A stretch of 62,783 nucleotides of DNA, filler included, from Globobulimina sp. (GCA_003354225.1; 44 parts of 44 records of this genome joined end to end with filler, not necessarily neighbours in it); one strand, 5' to 3'. Shown: positions 1 through 12,420, numbered from the whole stretch's first letter. The notes: generated by a model not told the origin, from the sequence alone. Program-made: numbers and translations.

Positions 1-1295
1 TTCCAATGATTTTGTTCAATTAATGTAATGATTTCAAAATGACATTCATCGAATAATTTTGTAGATACAAGGAATTGATCAGAATGCGTACTCCATTGTA
101 ATTCTAATTTTTTTATATTTTTTAATGTATTTTGTCGCGTATCATGTGATATGTTGATACAAAATGGTGCAATTGGTTCAATTAAAGCAATTTTCATTCT
201 TCTTGCAATCATAAATCTTTCTTTAGCACTCATTGCTGATTTAAATCGTTTGATTGATTGTAACCAAATAACCATTTCGTCGCAGTATGTTTGTTGTAAA
301 AATCTATGCAAATAATTTGTGCCAACTGTAGATTTTAAACAAATATCAATTGATTTTATAAAATCTAACTTATCAAATGATTTTGCAAACTGATGTATAA
401 TTTGAACATTATGTACGTCTTCGCCGCACATTATTCGTGCCGCCACAGAAAACAATTTATCAATCGCATATTTCTCCTGATTGTTACAGCAGAAACAGAC
501 AGTGTACATAGTTTCAGATTGGTATAAAATAAAATTAACATACTTTTATCGAATATTTATTGTCAAAATATTGCTCAAATGTTGTATGCAAAGCAAGCAA
601 CAATGGACCAAAATGATGTGTTTTAATACCCATTTTTCGATGTGCAGTGCCTAAATTTTTTAACGTTTCAAATAAGTCAATTTCTGCAGTAAATAAATGC
701 TGAATTAGCCATCCGACCATTTCAAGAAACTGTAAACTTAATTTCTCGATTTTAGTGTTATTGCTTACTAAATGCTTTTGTAATGTGGTGTTAGCATCAT
801 TGTTATTAATTATTTCAAAAAATATGGAACATGCAATTTCTAATCTTTCCTGTGAGCCCAAATGGCGTAGATTTTTTTCCCAAAATATATAGGCGGTTTC
901 TGCAATGGAGACTGATAAAACTTTTCCTGTAAAACGATTATTCATAGCATCGCAGTCTAAATATTTCTTTCTATCCGCATTGAAATTGGACTCCGTCATA
1001 CTTATTTCCGGTGATCTTGTCATGCTCAAATTGCTCAGAGATCGCGATAGTTTTAGTATGCCGTCGTCACTCACTATCACTTTTTCTAAATATGTTGGCT
1101 GTCTACTATGCAATTTTACAATTTTTGTGTTAATCCCAACGTTATTCTCATTGATACAACACATTATACATTCAAATTGCAGACAGGATACTATTTTTTG
1201 AGGGTATTTTGAATTCATATCACAAGTATCAATATCTCTGAATTGCAATACAATACAATAACTACTTAGTATATAATACAAAGCCGTCACTATTT
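1..1295 (-). CDS. Partial TM-globin-RGS fusion protein (exons 1295..544 and 476..1; intron 543..477)
   Basis: Globin motifs LKNLGTAHRKMGIKTHHF (proximal His) and helix H EKYAIDKLFSVAARIM lie either side of a 67-nt phase-0 GTATGT..CAG intron. RGS motifs follow: GTNYLHRFLQQTYCDEMVIWLQSIKRFK, IEPIAPFCINISHDTR, LFDECHFEIITLIEQNHW. Confidence 0.8.
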
Positions 1296-1330
1296 CTGTA
1301 GAAAAAAAGGTATACAAAAGTGATCGATTT

Positions 1331-1430
1331 NNNNNNNNNNNNNNNNNNNNNNNNNNNNNNNNNNNNNNNNNNNNTTAATTAATTAANNNNNNNNNNNNNN
1401 NNNNNNNNNNNNNNNNNNNNNNNNNNNNNN
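1331..1430. other. Artificial contig spacer N44-TTAATTAATTAA-N44 (first of 43 identical spacers)
   Basis: The same 100-bp linker recurs about every 1430 bp. The central 12-mer gives stops in all six frames, and contig lengths step 1330 to 1329 to 1328. Confidence 0.99.
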
Positions 1431-1750
1431 GATTAACCTTCCCGATCCGATCCTGCACCGCGATTATGCTCCCCGATCCGATCTCGCGATTAACCTTCCC
1501 GATCCGATCCTGCGCCGCGATTATCCTCCCCGATCCGATCCCGCGATTAACCTTCCCGATCCGATTCCGCGATTATCCTCCCCGATCCCGCGATTATCCT
1601 CCCCAATCCGACCCCGCGATTATCCTCCCCAATCCGACCCCGCGATTAACCTCGCCTATCCGAACCCGCGATTAACCTTCCCGATCCGATCCTGCGCCGC
1701 GATTATCCTCCCCGATCCGATCCCGCGATTAACCTTCCCGATCCGATTCC
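1431..1750. repeat. GC/CpG-rich tandem minisatellite with 20-31 bp variant units
   Basis: Repeated GATTA(A/T)CCT(T/C)CCCGATCCGATCC..GC units; the block near 1486-1570 recurs near 1667-1750. Confidence 0.9.
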
Positions 1751-2860
1751 GGGTCTTTACCTATGTTTCATTAATGTCCAATTTTTTTTTCGATTGGAGC
1801 ATTTTTTTGTATTTCCTGACCGAATTCGGTCATCTCTTAGAACCGTTTGTTTCTAAGTTAAACTCAACTCACTATCGTATAATTTCGTAAAAAGCCATGG
1901 AATCGATGGTGAGTCGATACGATCCTCGTTCTCCAGGCTCCAACGGACGCGATGGTGAAGAAATTTCGGCGATTCGTTGCGAACTCGCTGAGTTGTGATG
2001 TTGTGAAAGTGAAGTAGAAACTGCCAGGTCCAGCACATAGTGAGCTGCCCATGAGCGGTCAGGAAGGCTATATCTCGGCGGGAAGGTGGGAAAAGTATGG
2101 TGAGTGGATTGTTTTTAGATGTAATTTGGTACTGGGAATCGAATGCCGTGGTCCGTTTTCATCTGCGATGTACGGTTGAGGCTGTATACAGAGGTAGTGT
2201 ATTGTACTTTGTGGTGTATCTTGAGAACAAGCTGTAGGGAGTGAAGTGGTTGTATGAGTAAGTCATTGTATAAGTGTTACTGCTATTACAGGGTATTTCT
2301 GTGCCCTGATTTCAAATATTAGATCAGTTTTTATATAGGAAGAATGGTTGATGCTGTATTTCTGCTGGTTATTGATTTGGTACTATTACTACTATGCATA
2401 CTCTTGTTGTGGTGCTGTTGTATTACCATTGTTGTTGTTATTGAACCTTTTTCAGTATGCTACTGGTAATGGTAAGGTGCAGCTTTCGCAAAATGAGTGG
2501 CCGCAAGTGCTCCATGTGTCAAACTTCAAAGTACAGACTGTCAGTGTCATTTAAACTGTATGCGTTGTGTTGTTGCTTATGCATTTTTGTTTTGTTTTGT
2601 AGATAGGTCATTTAGGTAGTATTTTGCTAAAGTAGTCTGGAAAAAAGAAATCGATGATTTTGTGTTATACATTCATTATGTGACATTTTGTTTATTATAG
2701 TTGATGATTTACATGCACATTAAAATACAATTTCTGCTGTACACGATCTTGCTGAATAAANNNNNNNNNNNNNNNNNNNNNNNNNNNNNNNNNNNNNNNN
2801 NNNNTTAATTAATTAANNNNNNNNNNNNNNNNNNNNNNNNNNNNNNNNNNNNNNNNNNNN

Positions 2861-4190
2861 CAATTTATGAGTGTGGTGCAATCGTCGTCTTCGGCGCTGA
2901 TTACGCATAATATGTTTGACAAAATATTGCGTTTCATAGAGTTGAAGGTCGAGGACGTGTTCCATACATTTTGTCACTCCTTTTCCAAGAAAATGAACGA
3001 GATCGAGATCAAAACAATGTACATCGAATCGTGTGCGTGCGAGTCGGCGTGGCGCGGTAAATTTGTAATTGGTGCATTGGGCTGCGATTTGGAGTCATTT
3101 ATCGCGAGTTGGTTCAGCATCGAAGTGGACGAACAACATTGCATTTTGAACGAGACTGCGAAGCGCATCAATCGACGGTTGATGGGCATCTTTAATTATT
3201 TCGATCGGAACGATAAAGGCACTTTAAATAACCAGCAAATACTGGAAATATTGCAGTTAATCGATATGCAAAATAGTTATGGACATAATAAGTATCTTAA
3301 TATGAATAATACGCCGTTATCGTTTGACTCCTTTCGAAGTGGCGTCAATTTGCTGAATAAGTGCATTACGGTGCATGTTTTACCAAAGTTGGAGGATTAT
3401 ATTCGGCGACAACAAGCTGAGCATGAACGAGAGCATCAAGCCATGCTTAATATTGATAGTAAATCCGAGGAGAAAGAAAAGGAGAAACGGAAGGAAGAGA
3501 AAGAGAAAATTATTCCAGTCGCTGTGGTGAGTGAGGAAGAAAAAGAAGTGACGGATAATATTATTGTCGATGAGGAGGAGGAGACATATGATTATAAACA
3601 AAAATGGGCGAAAGAGAAATTATTTGTAAATAAACTAATCAATGAATTGCAAACTGTAAAAGCGACAGAACCAATGTCTGAGAAATGTGTTGATAAATTT
3701 ACGCATTTAATACAGTTTTTTGATGTTGTGATTGATGATAATCAGGAAAAGAATAATAATAAATTATTGCAGCAGAAAAATAATGAATTGGTTGGTGCAT
3801 TGGTTGTGTTGCAAACTGAATTAAATAAAAATACGCAAGAAAGGAAAAAACAAGAATTGGAATTGAAATCTGAACGGCAGAAATCGCAAAAATTACAGAC
3901 TGGAAATCGAGAGTTTGAATCATTGAACGATTTGAAACAAGAATTAGCAAATATGAAATTGTTAAATATTGAACGAGAGAAAGAATTGAAACAAGAAAGA
4001 GAGAAAATTATAATGTTGCAAAAAGAATTGGATTTAAATAATAATCGATACAATATCTCTCGTAAAACGATACAACAAGAAATGGAGGAAATGTCTCGTA
4101 AAACGGAGAGTGAGTCGGTGAAACTCCATGAATTGAATGAGTTAAATAGTTCGTATCGACAAGAATTAACAAATAAAAATGCGGAGATCG
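2861..4190 (+). CDS. EF-hand plus long coiled-coil protein, partial
   Basis: EF-hand-like FNYFDRNDKGTLNNQQILEIL followed by an E/K/Q-rich heptad region; the frame is open across the contig. Confidence 0.6.
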
Positions 4191-4290
4191 NNNNNNNNNN
4201 NNNNNNNNNNNNNNNNNNNNNNNNNNNNNNNNNNTTAATTAATTAANNNNNNNNNNNNNNNNNNNNNNNNNNNNNNNNNNNNNNNNNNNN

Positions 4291-4644
4291 ACAAAAAATA
4301 TAAAAGATATTTTACAAGAGACTATAGATTGTGTTAGTATGTCTGACGAACAACATACAGAAATAAAACAGTTTATTTCTGCGTATTGTGTGAAAAATTC
4401 TGTTAAAGACCCATTTACACTTGAGTCTATTGGCATAAATAAAGCATTCAAGATTAACAGTAAGAAGAGTTTCGAACATGCCCTGAGAGATTCAGGTATG
4501 TGTTCAAAGTCAGCTGCGACCTATCTTGCGTCATTTTTTAATATAGGGCGGAGCGATTCTGCGCGAAAAGATGATAGCTTAACTAGTACTAAAAGTATAA
4601 TGAACGAGCTTAAAGCATTTAATTCCACCCTGGAGAAATCTTAA
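4291..4644 (+). CDS. Phage prohead protease C-terminal region, partial
   Basis: FEHALRDSGMCSKSAATYLAS resembles the HK97-type protease tail; its stop overlaps the capsid start (TAATG). Confidence 0.6.
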   Translation, partial: TKNIKDILQETIDCVSMSDEQHTEIKQFISAYCVKNSVKDPFTLESIGINKAFKINSKKSFEHALRDSGMCSKSAATYLASFFNIGRSDSARKDDSLTSTKSIMNELKAFNSTLEKS

Positions 4645-5620
4645 TGAAACACGCAAAACTAGCTACACTTGTAGCATTCGCCTTTCCAACTGCCCTTATG
4701 GCATATGATGCAGGCGCTGAAGACATCGGAGCGTTAGTCGCAGAGTTACGTAAAACCCACTCTGCGTTAGAACAAAAAATGATTCAAATGGATGACACTA
4801 AGGCTATTGACGCATTAACGTTAAAGTTGAATACAATCAACGACAAACTTGATGACCAAGAAAAAAAATCATCTGAGTTAACTGCAACCATTGAAGCTAA
4901 AAAAGCAATGGAAGCAGAATTAAGCGAAAAAGTTGATGCAATTGAAAAGAAAATGCTCCGTGTTAAAAAAGGTACCGATGAAAAATCAGTCCTTCAAAAT
5001 GAACTTAAATTCTTAAATGATTTTGCACGCCGTGGCTTCACCACAAATAGCGAAGGTAACGTTGAACTTAAGGGCATGGACGGAAATAATGTGTTCACCG
5101 ATGTTGAGCGTAAGCAGTACTTGCGTTCGGATAACAACGCTGACGCTGGCTTCTTAATGGAACATTCGTTTACGGATACCATTCTGAAAAACATTACTGA
5201 AATCAGTCCCATCCGACAGCTTGCAACCAGTCGTCGTATTGATGCCTTAAGTGCTACTGAATACACGCGTGACTCACTGTTAACTTTCTCTGAAAATGGC
5301 GAAGGTGTGACTGATTGGGCACCATCTAATTCAACATATGGTAAACTTAAAATTCCAGTGCATTCAATGCAGGGTAAAGTTGAGATTACCACTCGTGCAT
5401 TACTTGGTTCACGTTTCAACATGGAATCTGAAATCAATTCAGACTTCATGGAAGCTCAATCTGAGTTGCAAAATCGCCGTTTCGTTAAAGGTGACGGTGC
5501 AGGTCGTCCAACTGGTTTCATGACGGACCCTCGCGTCGTTCGCCTTAATTCTGGAATCGCTAACTCGTTTGACTTTGATAATGTCATCACTCGGACTGGT
5601 GAACCTAAGAGTGGCTATAA
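4644..5620 (+). CDS. HK97-fold phage major capsid protein, 3' truncated
   Basis: Coiled-coil delta domain, then DAGFLM, ISPIRQLA, ITTRALL, FNMESEI and FVKGDGAGRPTGF. Confidence 0.9.
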
Positions 5621-5720
5621 NNNNNNNNNNNNNNNNNNNNNNNNNNNNNNNNNNNNNNNNNNNNTTAATTAATTAANNNNNNNNNNNNNNNNNNNNNNNN
5701 NNNNNNNNNNNNNNNNNNNN

Positions 5721-7050
5721 GATTTTCATACAATTCCACCAAAAACTAATGATATTCCGCGATCTGCGGCTTTTCCTTTGTGCCCAATGCCTTAAACAAC
5801 GCTTCATGGGATTGGAACTGCCGCGGCACAGTAAACATAAATGGCGATAAATCGCCGCCGTCCATAGTCATAAACAGCCGCCCCGCGCGCAATAAACGTG
5901 AACCAATCGGTATAAATGATATATTTTTTAACTTAAAAATGTGTTTATTGCTCAACTTTTTCTCTTTAAATTGCGTAGAAAAATAAAATATTATTTTTTC
6001 AAACACGTCCAATGAATCATGTTTAAACGGCCATCGATCCAAAGAATTCCCGCCGTTTATCAATGATAAATTTAGACAGTGTGCAATGACCATATCTATA
6101 GACGGTGGATGCGATATTTTCAAATGCTGCAAACCCATTTGTGGCATACGACAGATAATAACCGGCGATTGGGTCCAGGATAAGATGTAATCCGTCGATA
6201 ATATGGCATCCACCGGACGGCTAATTGTCATTTCTTCCTCTGACGATTTATCAGATTTAATGCTCGGTATCTTGCACGGCAAGAATGCGATCATTGACAA
6301 GGTATTAAATACCTCAGATTTGAATATCTCATTAAATTTAAATAGCAATAACTGCGTCAACGCCACGGACAAATTTATAATTTCTTTATCTTTAATAATC
6401 GGATACTTTATATCTTGTTTTTGTTCATCGTAATGTACACCGGATAAAGACTGCAGTTTCTGTGCCATTTTGATGAAAACGGTGCCATTTATTTCGTGAT
6501 TCATACCCAATTTTATCATCCATTTAATATATTTATTGTCGGCATTGTTGCTCAGGAAGTATTGGTGTGGGAATACAGGGTCATTTATGAATAACTTCTT
6601 GAAGATAGCAATGGATGGATCGTATAATTGTGAGGGAGCAATTAATAACTTGTCGTGAGAGCTGATGGGTATTAATGGCGTGTCGCTGCATAATTTAGTC
6701 AAATTGTTGTTGCGTAGACTCAATTGATCCCAATTGCTGGATAAATAATTTATCATTTCGTATTGGTAGGCGTAGCAATTTATATTTGCATGGATGTCGT
6801 CGGGTATTTCTGCGTTGTAATGCTCCGAATTATTCATGTATTCGTCGATAAATAGCTCGATTAAGTCCTCTTCTTTCATCTCTTGTACGCCTAACAACTT
6901 ATGCAACTCACAAAATTTATATTTCAATACAATATATTTGCTCATTATATAATGCAAAAAACGCAATGGGATGGCGTTAATATTATTATTTTCCAAATTG
7001 GGCGAAAACATCATCATTCTCTCATGAAATCGCACAAATAATTCATTATT
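5721..7050 (-). CDS. Sacsin-like protein, internal fragment
   Basis: PSQLYDPSIAIFKKLF..PVFP, LKISHPPSIDMVIAH, FIPIG..RLF and LSPFMFTVP..LFKALG match sacsin repeat regions. Confidence 0.7.
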
Positions 7051-7891
7051 NNNNNNNNNNNNNNNNNNNNNNNNNNNNNNNNNNNNNNNNNNNNTTAATT
7101 AATTAANNNNNNNNNNNNNNNNNNNNNNNNNNNNNNNNNNNNNNNNNNNNATTCTGAATCAGAAGTTGTATATTAATTCAAATTCGGAACATTGCAAAAA
7201 AGTTGATTTTTTGAATTTAGTACTAAAAATGTTCATATAGTGAAATTGCAAATTATGCATTATATCAGCCAAAAAGGAAGAAAAATTCTCAGTTCATTTT
7301 CGCACACAAACTTGGTCATTTTTTCAACCGATTTTTACATATCTGCAGGCGCAGGGTACTAAATTCAAACTTTGATTTTAGTACAATACAATGTAGTATA
7401 ATTTTGGTGTCAAAGCATTTTGCACCCCTAGCATTAACATGAAAATTGGCAAATTTTGCCTCTGGTGTCTGTGGCGTAGGGTTATTTTTTCCATAGAACT
7501 CAATTATAAAATTGCCATATCGCTCAGAATAACTCTCGAGTCACTACCGATGAGTCTCGACTGGAAAATATTCTTAGTACCGTTTTAGTAATATTAAAGT
7601 CCATTCTAAAATTCTGAGAGTGGAGGTTTTTTGCGTTTTTTTATTTTTTAGCGTGGTCGGATCTGTACAAAAGTTGTTTCACTAAATGACGCCGACCATT
7701 ATCTGAAGTTAGTTTTCACAATTTCGAAAACGGGTACCGATTTTGCTGCAACCTTGAAAAACGGGTTTTCTTTCGGGATTTCTTCTGTTCTTAAACTTTA
7801 AAGGCCAAGTATAACATTCGATTCCTCTCGTCAAGGATATCATTTTAAATGTTCAGAATTTTTTTAAAATGCATATCTGCCGAGTTACGAT

Positions 7892-8200
7892 TAGAGGTGT
7901 GCATGGGCCGCGATTTCGGCGGTCCGGCCCGCCAGATCAATTTCCAAGACTTGGTCCGGCACGCCTGTACAAAAAATCTCAAAATTTTCGAGTGTATTTT
8001 CAAAAATGGCTAAAACGCTTAGTATTGTTTAGATAACACTCTAAATAACAGTTTAAAGCCAAAACTGATCTTTTTAGATGAAGTAGATCAATTTTAAAGC
8101 ATATTTTAAGGGAAAATAATTTTGAAATTTTTGTCAGGCCCGGCCCGGCCCAGCCCATTGGAAAATGTTCCAGGTCCACCCAGGCCCGTGCACATCTCTA
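7892..8200. mobile_element. Non-autonomous hAT-type MITE (309 bp)
   Basis: 18-bp TIRs TAGAGGTGTGCATGGGCC and GGCCCGTGCACATCTCTA (2 mismatches). Perfect 8-bp TSD GTTACGAT at 7884-7891 and 8201-8208. Subterminal GGCCC repeats. Confidence 0.9.
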
Positions 8201-8374
8201 GTTACGATCGATTTTCTGGGTCAGTAGAGGCAAAAATGGGTGAAAATTAATAGCAAAACTATTAAAAATTGTTCTAAACTCCTCCCGCGTATATGCAACT
8301 TTTTATTGTGCGCCAAATTCTACATAAAAAATTACCTGTGGAAAGTGCTTTTTGGCATAATGTAAGTTGTATAT

Positions 8375-8480
8375 CAGAGTTGAAAGAGGGCCATGGTTTT
8401 TGACCCGAAACCAGACCCGAAACATCTTTTACTAACCCGAGCCCGGCCCGACCCGAAATTAGTCAATATTGACCCGACCC
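8375..8480. mobile_element. Probable left end of a second hAT-like element
   Basis: CAGAG.. start followed by clustered ACCCGA/CCCGG subterminal motifs, cut off by the contig end. Confidence 0.45.
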
Positions 8481-8580
8481 NNNNNNNNNNNNNNNNNNNN
8501 NNNNNNNNNNNNNNNNNNNNNNNNTTAATTAATTAANNNNNNNNNNNNNNNNNNNNNNNNNNNNNNNNNNNNNNNNNNNN

Positions 8581-9910
8581 CAAATTAAAGGCGAATTTCT
8601 TCATAAATGTAAACGCAATGAAACCCGGCGCAGTCAATCCAGTAATTGCGAGAAAACGCAGAGCGCGCTCAGCCAGCGCAACACTGTTAAAACATTCGAG
8701 CAACGCTGACTATAAAGATGAATATAAACGACATCCAGACGACAAAAATGCAACTCCCATATCAGCCAAATTAAATCAAGTAACTATCACTTCGAAACGC
8801 CGGAAAAAGAAACGAAAAACAAAGAAAATATTACTATCAAACACCACCATTCCTAACCAAGAGCAAAACACCAATAATGTTTTTGGCATAAATTATAACC
8901 AAAACAACAACGGACTTATTATGCTCCATCCACCACCAACACATAACTCGCAATCACACCAAAAAACACCGCCACCGCCGCTGCCCCCAAACACTTCACA
9001 TTTACAACGTACTCCACCACCACCATTGCCACCGTCCAATCCATCCAAAAAATCGTCCATTTCGCTAATTCCACCTAACCCAAACCAGCAATTCACGCCA
9101 TTTGGCGAAGCGAGCAATGACATGGACACCACCACGCCGATCCCGCCCGACCCTCAAATGCCCACTCCACCGCCACCTCCGCCGCCAATCCTTAATCAAA
9201 GTGCAAATAGGCGAGCTACCACATTTATTGATGTCAAAAAAGCACCGCCAGTGCCATTACCCGCAGATTTGACCAATATCAACAAAGTACCACGAGACAC
9301 ATCGGCCAGTACTACACTCACTGTGTCCGGGCAGAAGATCACTATTATCGGACATGCGCGGACCGGTAAAACGTCACTGAAGAATGCATTATTTGGGCGG
9401 AGATTTAAGGAGATGACCTTTCCCACAGTCAAAGCGCCGCCGATCCCGAGTGTCATGGTCAGGCCATTGCGGATAATGGATGATGATGAGGATGATATTA
9501 ACGTTGCTTATGAGATCTGGGATACGCCGGGACAGAAAGTGTTGGATTATATACCGCCGTTATATATTACTGGCTCTTTTTGTGTGTTTATAGTGTATGA
9601 TATTACGGACACATTCAGCTATGACAGGGCCAAATATTGGGTCAATTATTTGGAGGAAAATGCAAAAGGATATGATAATGTTGTTTTGATTGGGAATAAG
9701 TATGATTTGCATGTCACGCAGCGATGTATTAAGAGCCAGGAAGTGCAGCTTTATGCACAGGAACATGATATTTTCTTTATTGAGATCAGTGTGAAAACAA
9801 AACATAATTTTGAGGTTTTGTTAAGTTGGTTGAATCATAAAACACAGGAAAAGTTTAAAAGGGAAATTGAAATGGAACAGGAAAATGATGGGGATTATAA
9901 AATGGAAGGT
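8581..9910 (+). CDS. Rab/Ras-like small GTPase with a long basic and polyproline N-terminal extension, partial
   Basis: G1 GHARTGKTS, G3 WDTPGQ, VYDIT, G4 GNKYD, G5 EISVK; several PPPPP tracts upstream. Confidence 0.8.
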
Positions 9911-10010
9911 NNNNNNNNNNNNNNNNNNNNNNNNNNNNNNNNNNNNNNNNNNNNTTAATTAATTAANNNNNNNNNNNNNNNNNNNNNNNNNNNNNNNNNN
10001 NNNNNNNNNN

Positions 10011-10877
10011 TCGATATGTTACCTATTCTCAAAGCAGAAGAATGTGAATATGAATAATGAAAATAAAATAGCATTGGTCACAGTTTCTGATTTGTCCACT
10101 TATCCACATCCAACATCCTGGCTACCTTTGTCTAGAATGAATCGCTTGTTATATGCATCTAATTTCAGTTATGATTATTGTGATTTTCCGCGTGATTGGG
10201 ATTTCACCACATTGCGAGAAACGCGGTGGGTCAAATTTGGTGCATTATATACGATATTAAGGCTGTCTTATTATAAATATGTGGTATGGCTGGACACAGA
10301 CACTTTATTTTGGAATGAAAACAGAATTCCATTCAATAGATATGCACTAAAATGGTTTGATGATAATAGGAATTTAAGTGTTTTGTTCTCTGATCACGGC
10401 AAACACGGTGCTGATTCGCACAAAATCAATGCGGGAATATTTATTTTAAAGAATAATAACTTTTCATTGTATTTCTTGGAGAAATGTTATGCAAATTATG
10501 TGAATACAGAAATGACGCAACATCATGCGGACCAATACGCATTTTCTCATTTCTATCAAAACTACAATCAAAACAATCAGATTATGGTTGTTAATGCCAA
10601 GTATCTGCAAAGTATTTATGTTCAAGCAAACCCGCAAAAGTTTGAGAAGAATTATAAAGAATTATATGTCAAACAATCCAAAACCATCATATTTCATCGT
10701 GTTGCTGGTGGAGGAAAGAAATACTTTCAAATGAATGATGTCATTAAGGATTGGATGGATGCAAAGATATTGAATAAAATAAGAAATAAATGCCCAGAGT
10801 GTAAGATCACAAATAATGAAACATGGCGGACGAGTGCATGGAGAACAAATATGTATCAACATACACATCAAAAATGA
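10011..10877 (+). CDS. GT34/MNN10-like nucleotide-sugar glycosyltransferase, 5' truncated
   Basis: WVKF, YVVWLDTD (DxD motif), INAGIFILKN, DQYAF. Confidence 0.75.
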   Translation, partial: SICYLFSKQKNVNMNNENKIALVTVSDLSTYPHPTSWLPLSRMNRLLYASNFSYDYCDFPRDWDFTTLRETRWVKFGALYTILRLSYYKYVVWLDTDTLFWNENRIPFNRYALKWFDDNRNLSVLFSDHGKHGADSHKINAGIFILKNNNFSLYFLEKCYANYVNTEMTQHHADQYAFSHFYQNYNQNNQIMVVNAKYLQSIYVQANPQKFEKNYKELYVKQSKTIIFHRVAGGGKKYFQMNDVIKDWMDAKILNKIRNKCPECKITNNETWRTSAWRTNMYQHTHQK

Positions 10878-11077
10878 TACGGAGTGCTACGACCACCAAA
10901 GATATGACAGATGATAATTTTGCTACTTTTTGTCTGTTTCATGCAACGAGTACAGTGCCGCAGTGCCTCAGTGCCGCAAAAGTCCGGTCTGACTCTCAGC
11001 ATTGTATTTATACTTTTTTTGCAACGTAGATTTTGTTTGATTATCTTACTAAATATGTGTTTATGACAAACAAAAAT

Positions 11078-11195
11078 AAAGCACTCAATTACTAGTAATT
11101 GAGCACAGTGATTGATTATAAAAAAACATACATCGCACAGTGTTAGAAAAAGAAAAGAAAAGAAAGCACTCAATTAATAGTAATTGAGCACAGTG
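11078..11195. repeat. Two copies of a 33-bp palindrome-containing direct repeat
   Basis: AAAGCACTCAATTA(C/A)TAGTAATTGAGCACAGTG at 11078 and 11163; the core CTCAATTACTAGTAATTGAG is a perfect palindrome. Confidence 0.8.
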
Positions 11196-11528
11196 TTTGA
11201 TTACAAAAATAGCGGCACCTTGCAATAATTGTATAGGATATTGGGAGAAACGGCACCTTGCAATAATACAGCAGTGCTGCAACAACAAAATAACATTCAA
11301 CAACAAAATAATACGCAACAAAATAATTGCAACAACAAAANNNNNNNNNNNNNNNNNNNNNNNNNNNNNNNNNNNNNNNNNNNNTTAATTAATTAANNNN
11401 NNNNNNNNNNNNNNNNNNNNNNNNNNNNNNNNNNNNNNNNATGGTTCACTTTGTAAAAAAGTCGATGTTAAAGGACAACCTGTCATGTGCGCGCAAGCGC
11501 ATTTTGCATCATAATCTCACAATGAAAC

Positions 11529-12420
11529 TACAGGGTGACCCAAAAAGAATTCTTTTTTTGAAATGCTAATAACTCCTTACTTGGAAGAGCTATCAGGGTC
11601 TGGTTTGTTGTATTTGAAAGCTTACATTTTGACATTTTATGGAAATACTTCACTTGGCAAAATGAAAAACCAGGTTAAAATATATATAAAACATCGATAG
11701 CCTCTTTCACATATGACAAGTATTTGTTAGCTGTGAAATTTAACTAAAATACGTTACTCACTTTACACCACTGGCATACTGGTGACACACGATGACTGGC
11801 ACCAATCTAGATATGGGTTGAAATAGCGTAGAATGTCTAAAATTAAAAATTGATGTTTCACTTTTAAGATTTATAGAGTGACAATTCGAGAACAAATAAT
11901 CGAGTAATGAGTACAGTAGTACGAATAATCCTTTCGTGTATAAGATCAAATATTGAGCTTTCCCTAAAACTAATTTTACACCATTTAGATCCATAGAAAG
12001 TAATTCTTCTGAATGCTTGCAGAAAGAGAATCACCCAACTTCGGAAGAATCAGAGGTTATAAATAAACTGAACAGTCTTTCCTGTTTTTGTTGGTATGAA
12101 TGAACGTAGAAGACTGAACGATTAAAAGTTGTGAATTAGAAATGACTGTCTGTTATAAATGAAAGACCGTGAATTATAAGTGAAAGCGACCTGAAAATAT
12201 AAAAATCTGCTTGACGATTTCTCTGTCCCCTGGAATGGATGGCGATTTATCGTTTGTGAAATTTTATTTGTTATTTGCATCTTCAAAACACGTGAATTTA
12301 AGCCGGACTCTCGTTCAAAACATGGTTACTGCAATACTCATCATTCATCAAATGTGGAGTGCTGAAGGTTCATTTCGCCACGGCAGAGCACCGAATCATA
12401 AAAAACGATGTTTCGTCATG
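11529..12420 (+). mobile_element. Possible degraded Tc1/mariner element
   Basis: TA-CAGGGTGACCCAAAA is a typical Tc1/mariner end. A weak transposase-like remnant QMWSAEGSF..N lies near 12345-12400. No partner TIR is visible. Confidence 0.3.

Noticed and set aside
1466-1675. Pro/Arg-rich 69-aa ORF
   Set aside because: It is a translation of the minisatellite.
2469-2540. RanBP2-type zinc-finger-like RCSF..KCSMCQT
   Set aside because: The first Cys and the Trp are missing, the spacing is off and there is no supporting ORF.
4644-4720. Signal-peptide-like N-terminus on the phage capsid protein
   Set aside because: It is more simply part of the cleaved delta/scaffold region; nothing else suggests secretion.
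11078-11195. CRISPR-like repeat-spacer-repeat
   Set aside because: Only two copies, a low-complexity spacer, eukaryotic context and no cas genes.
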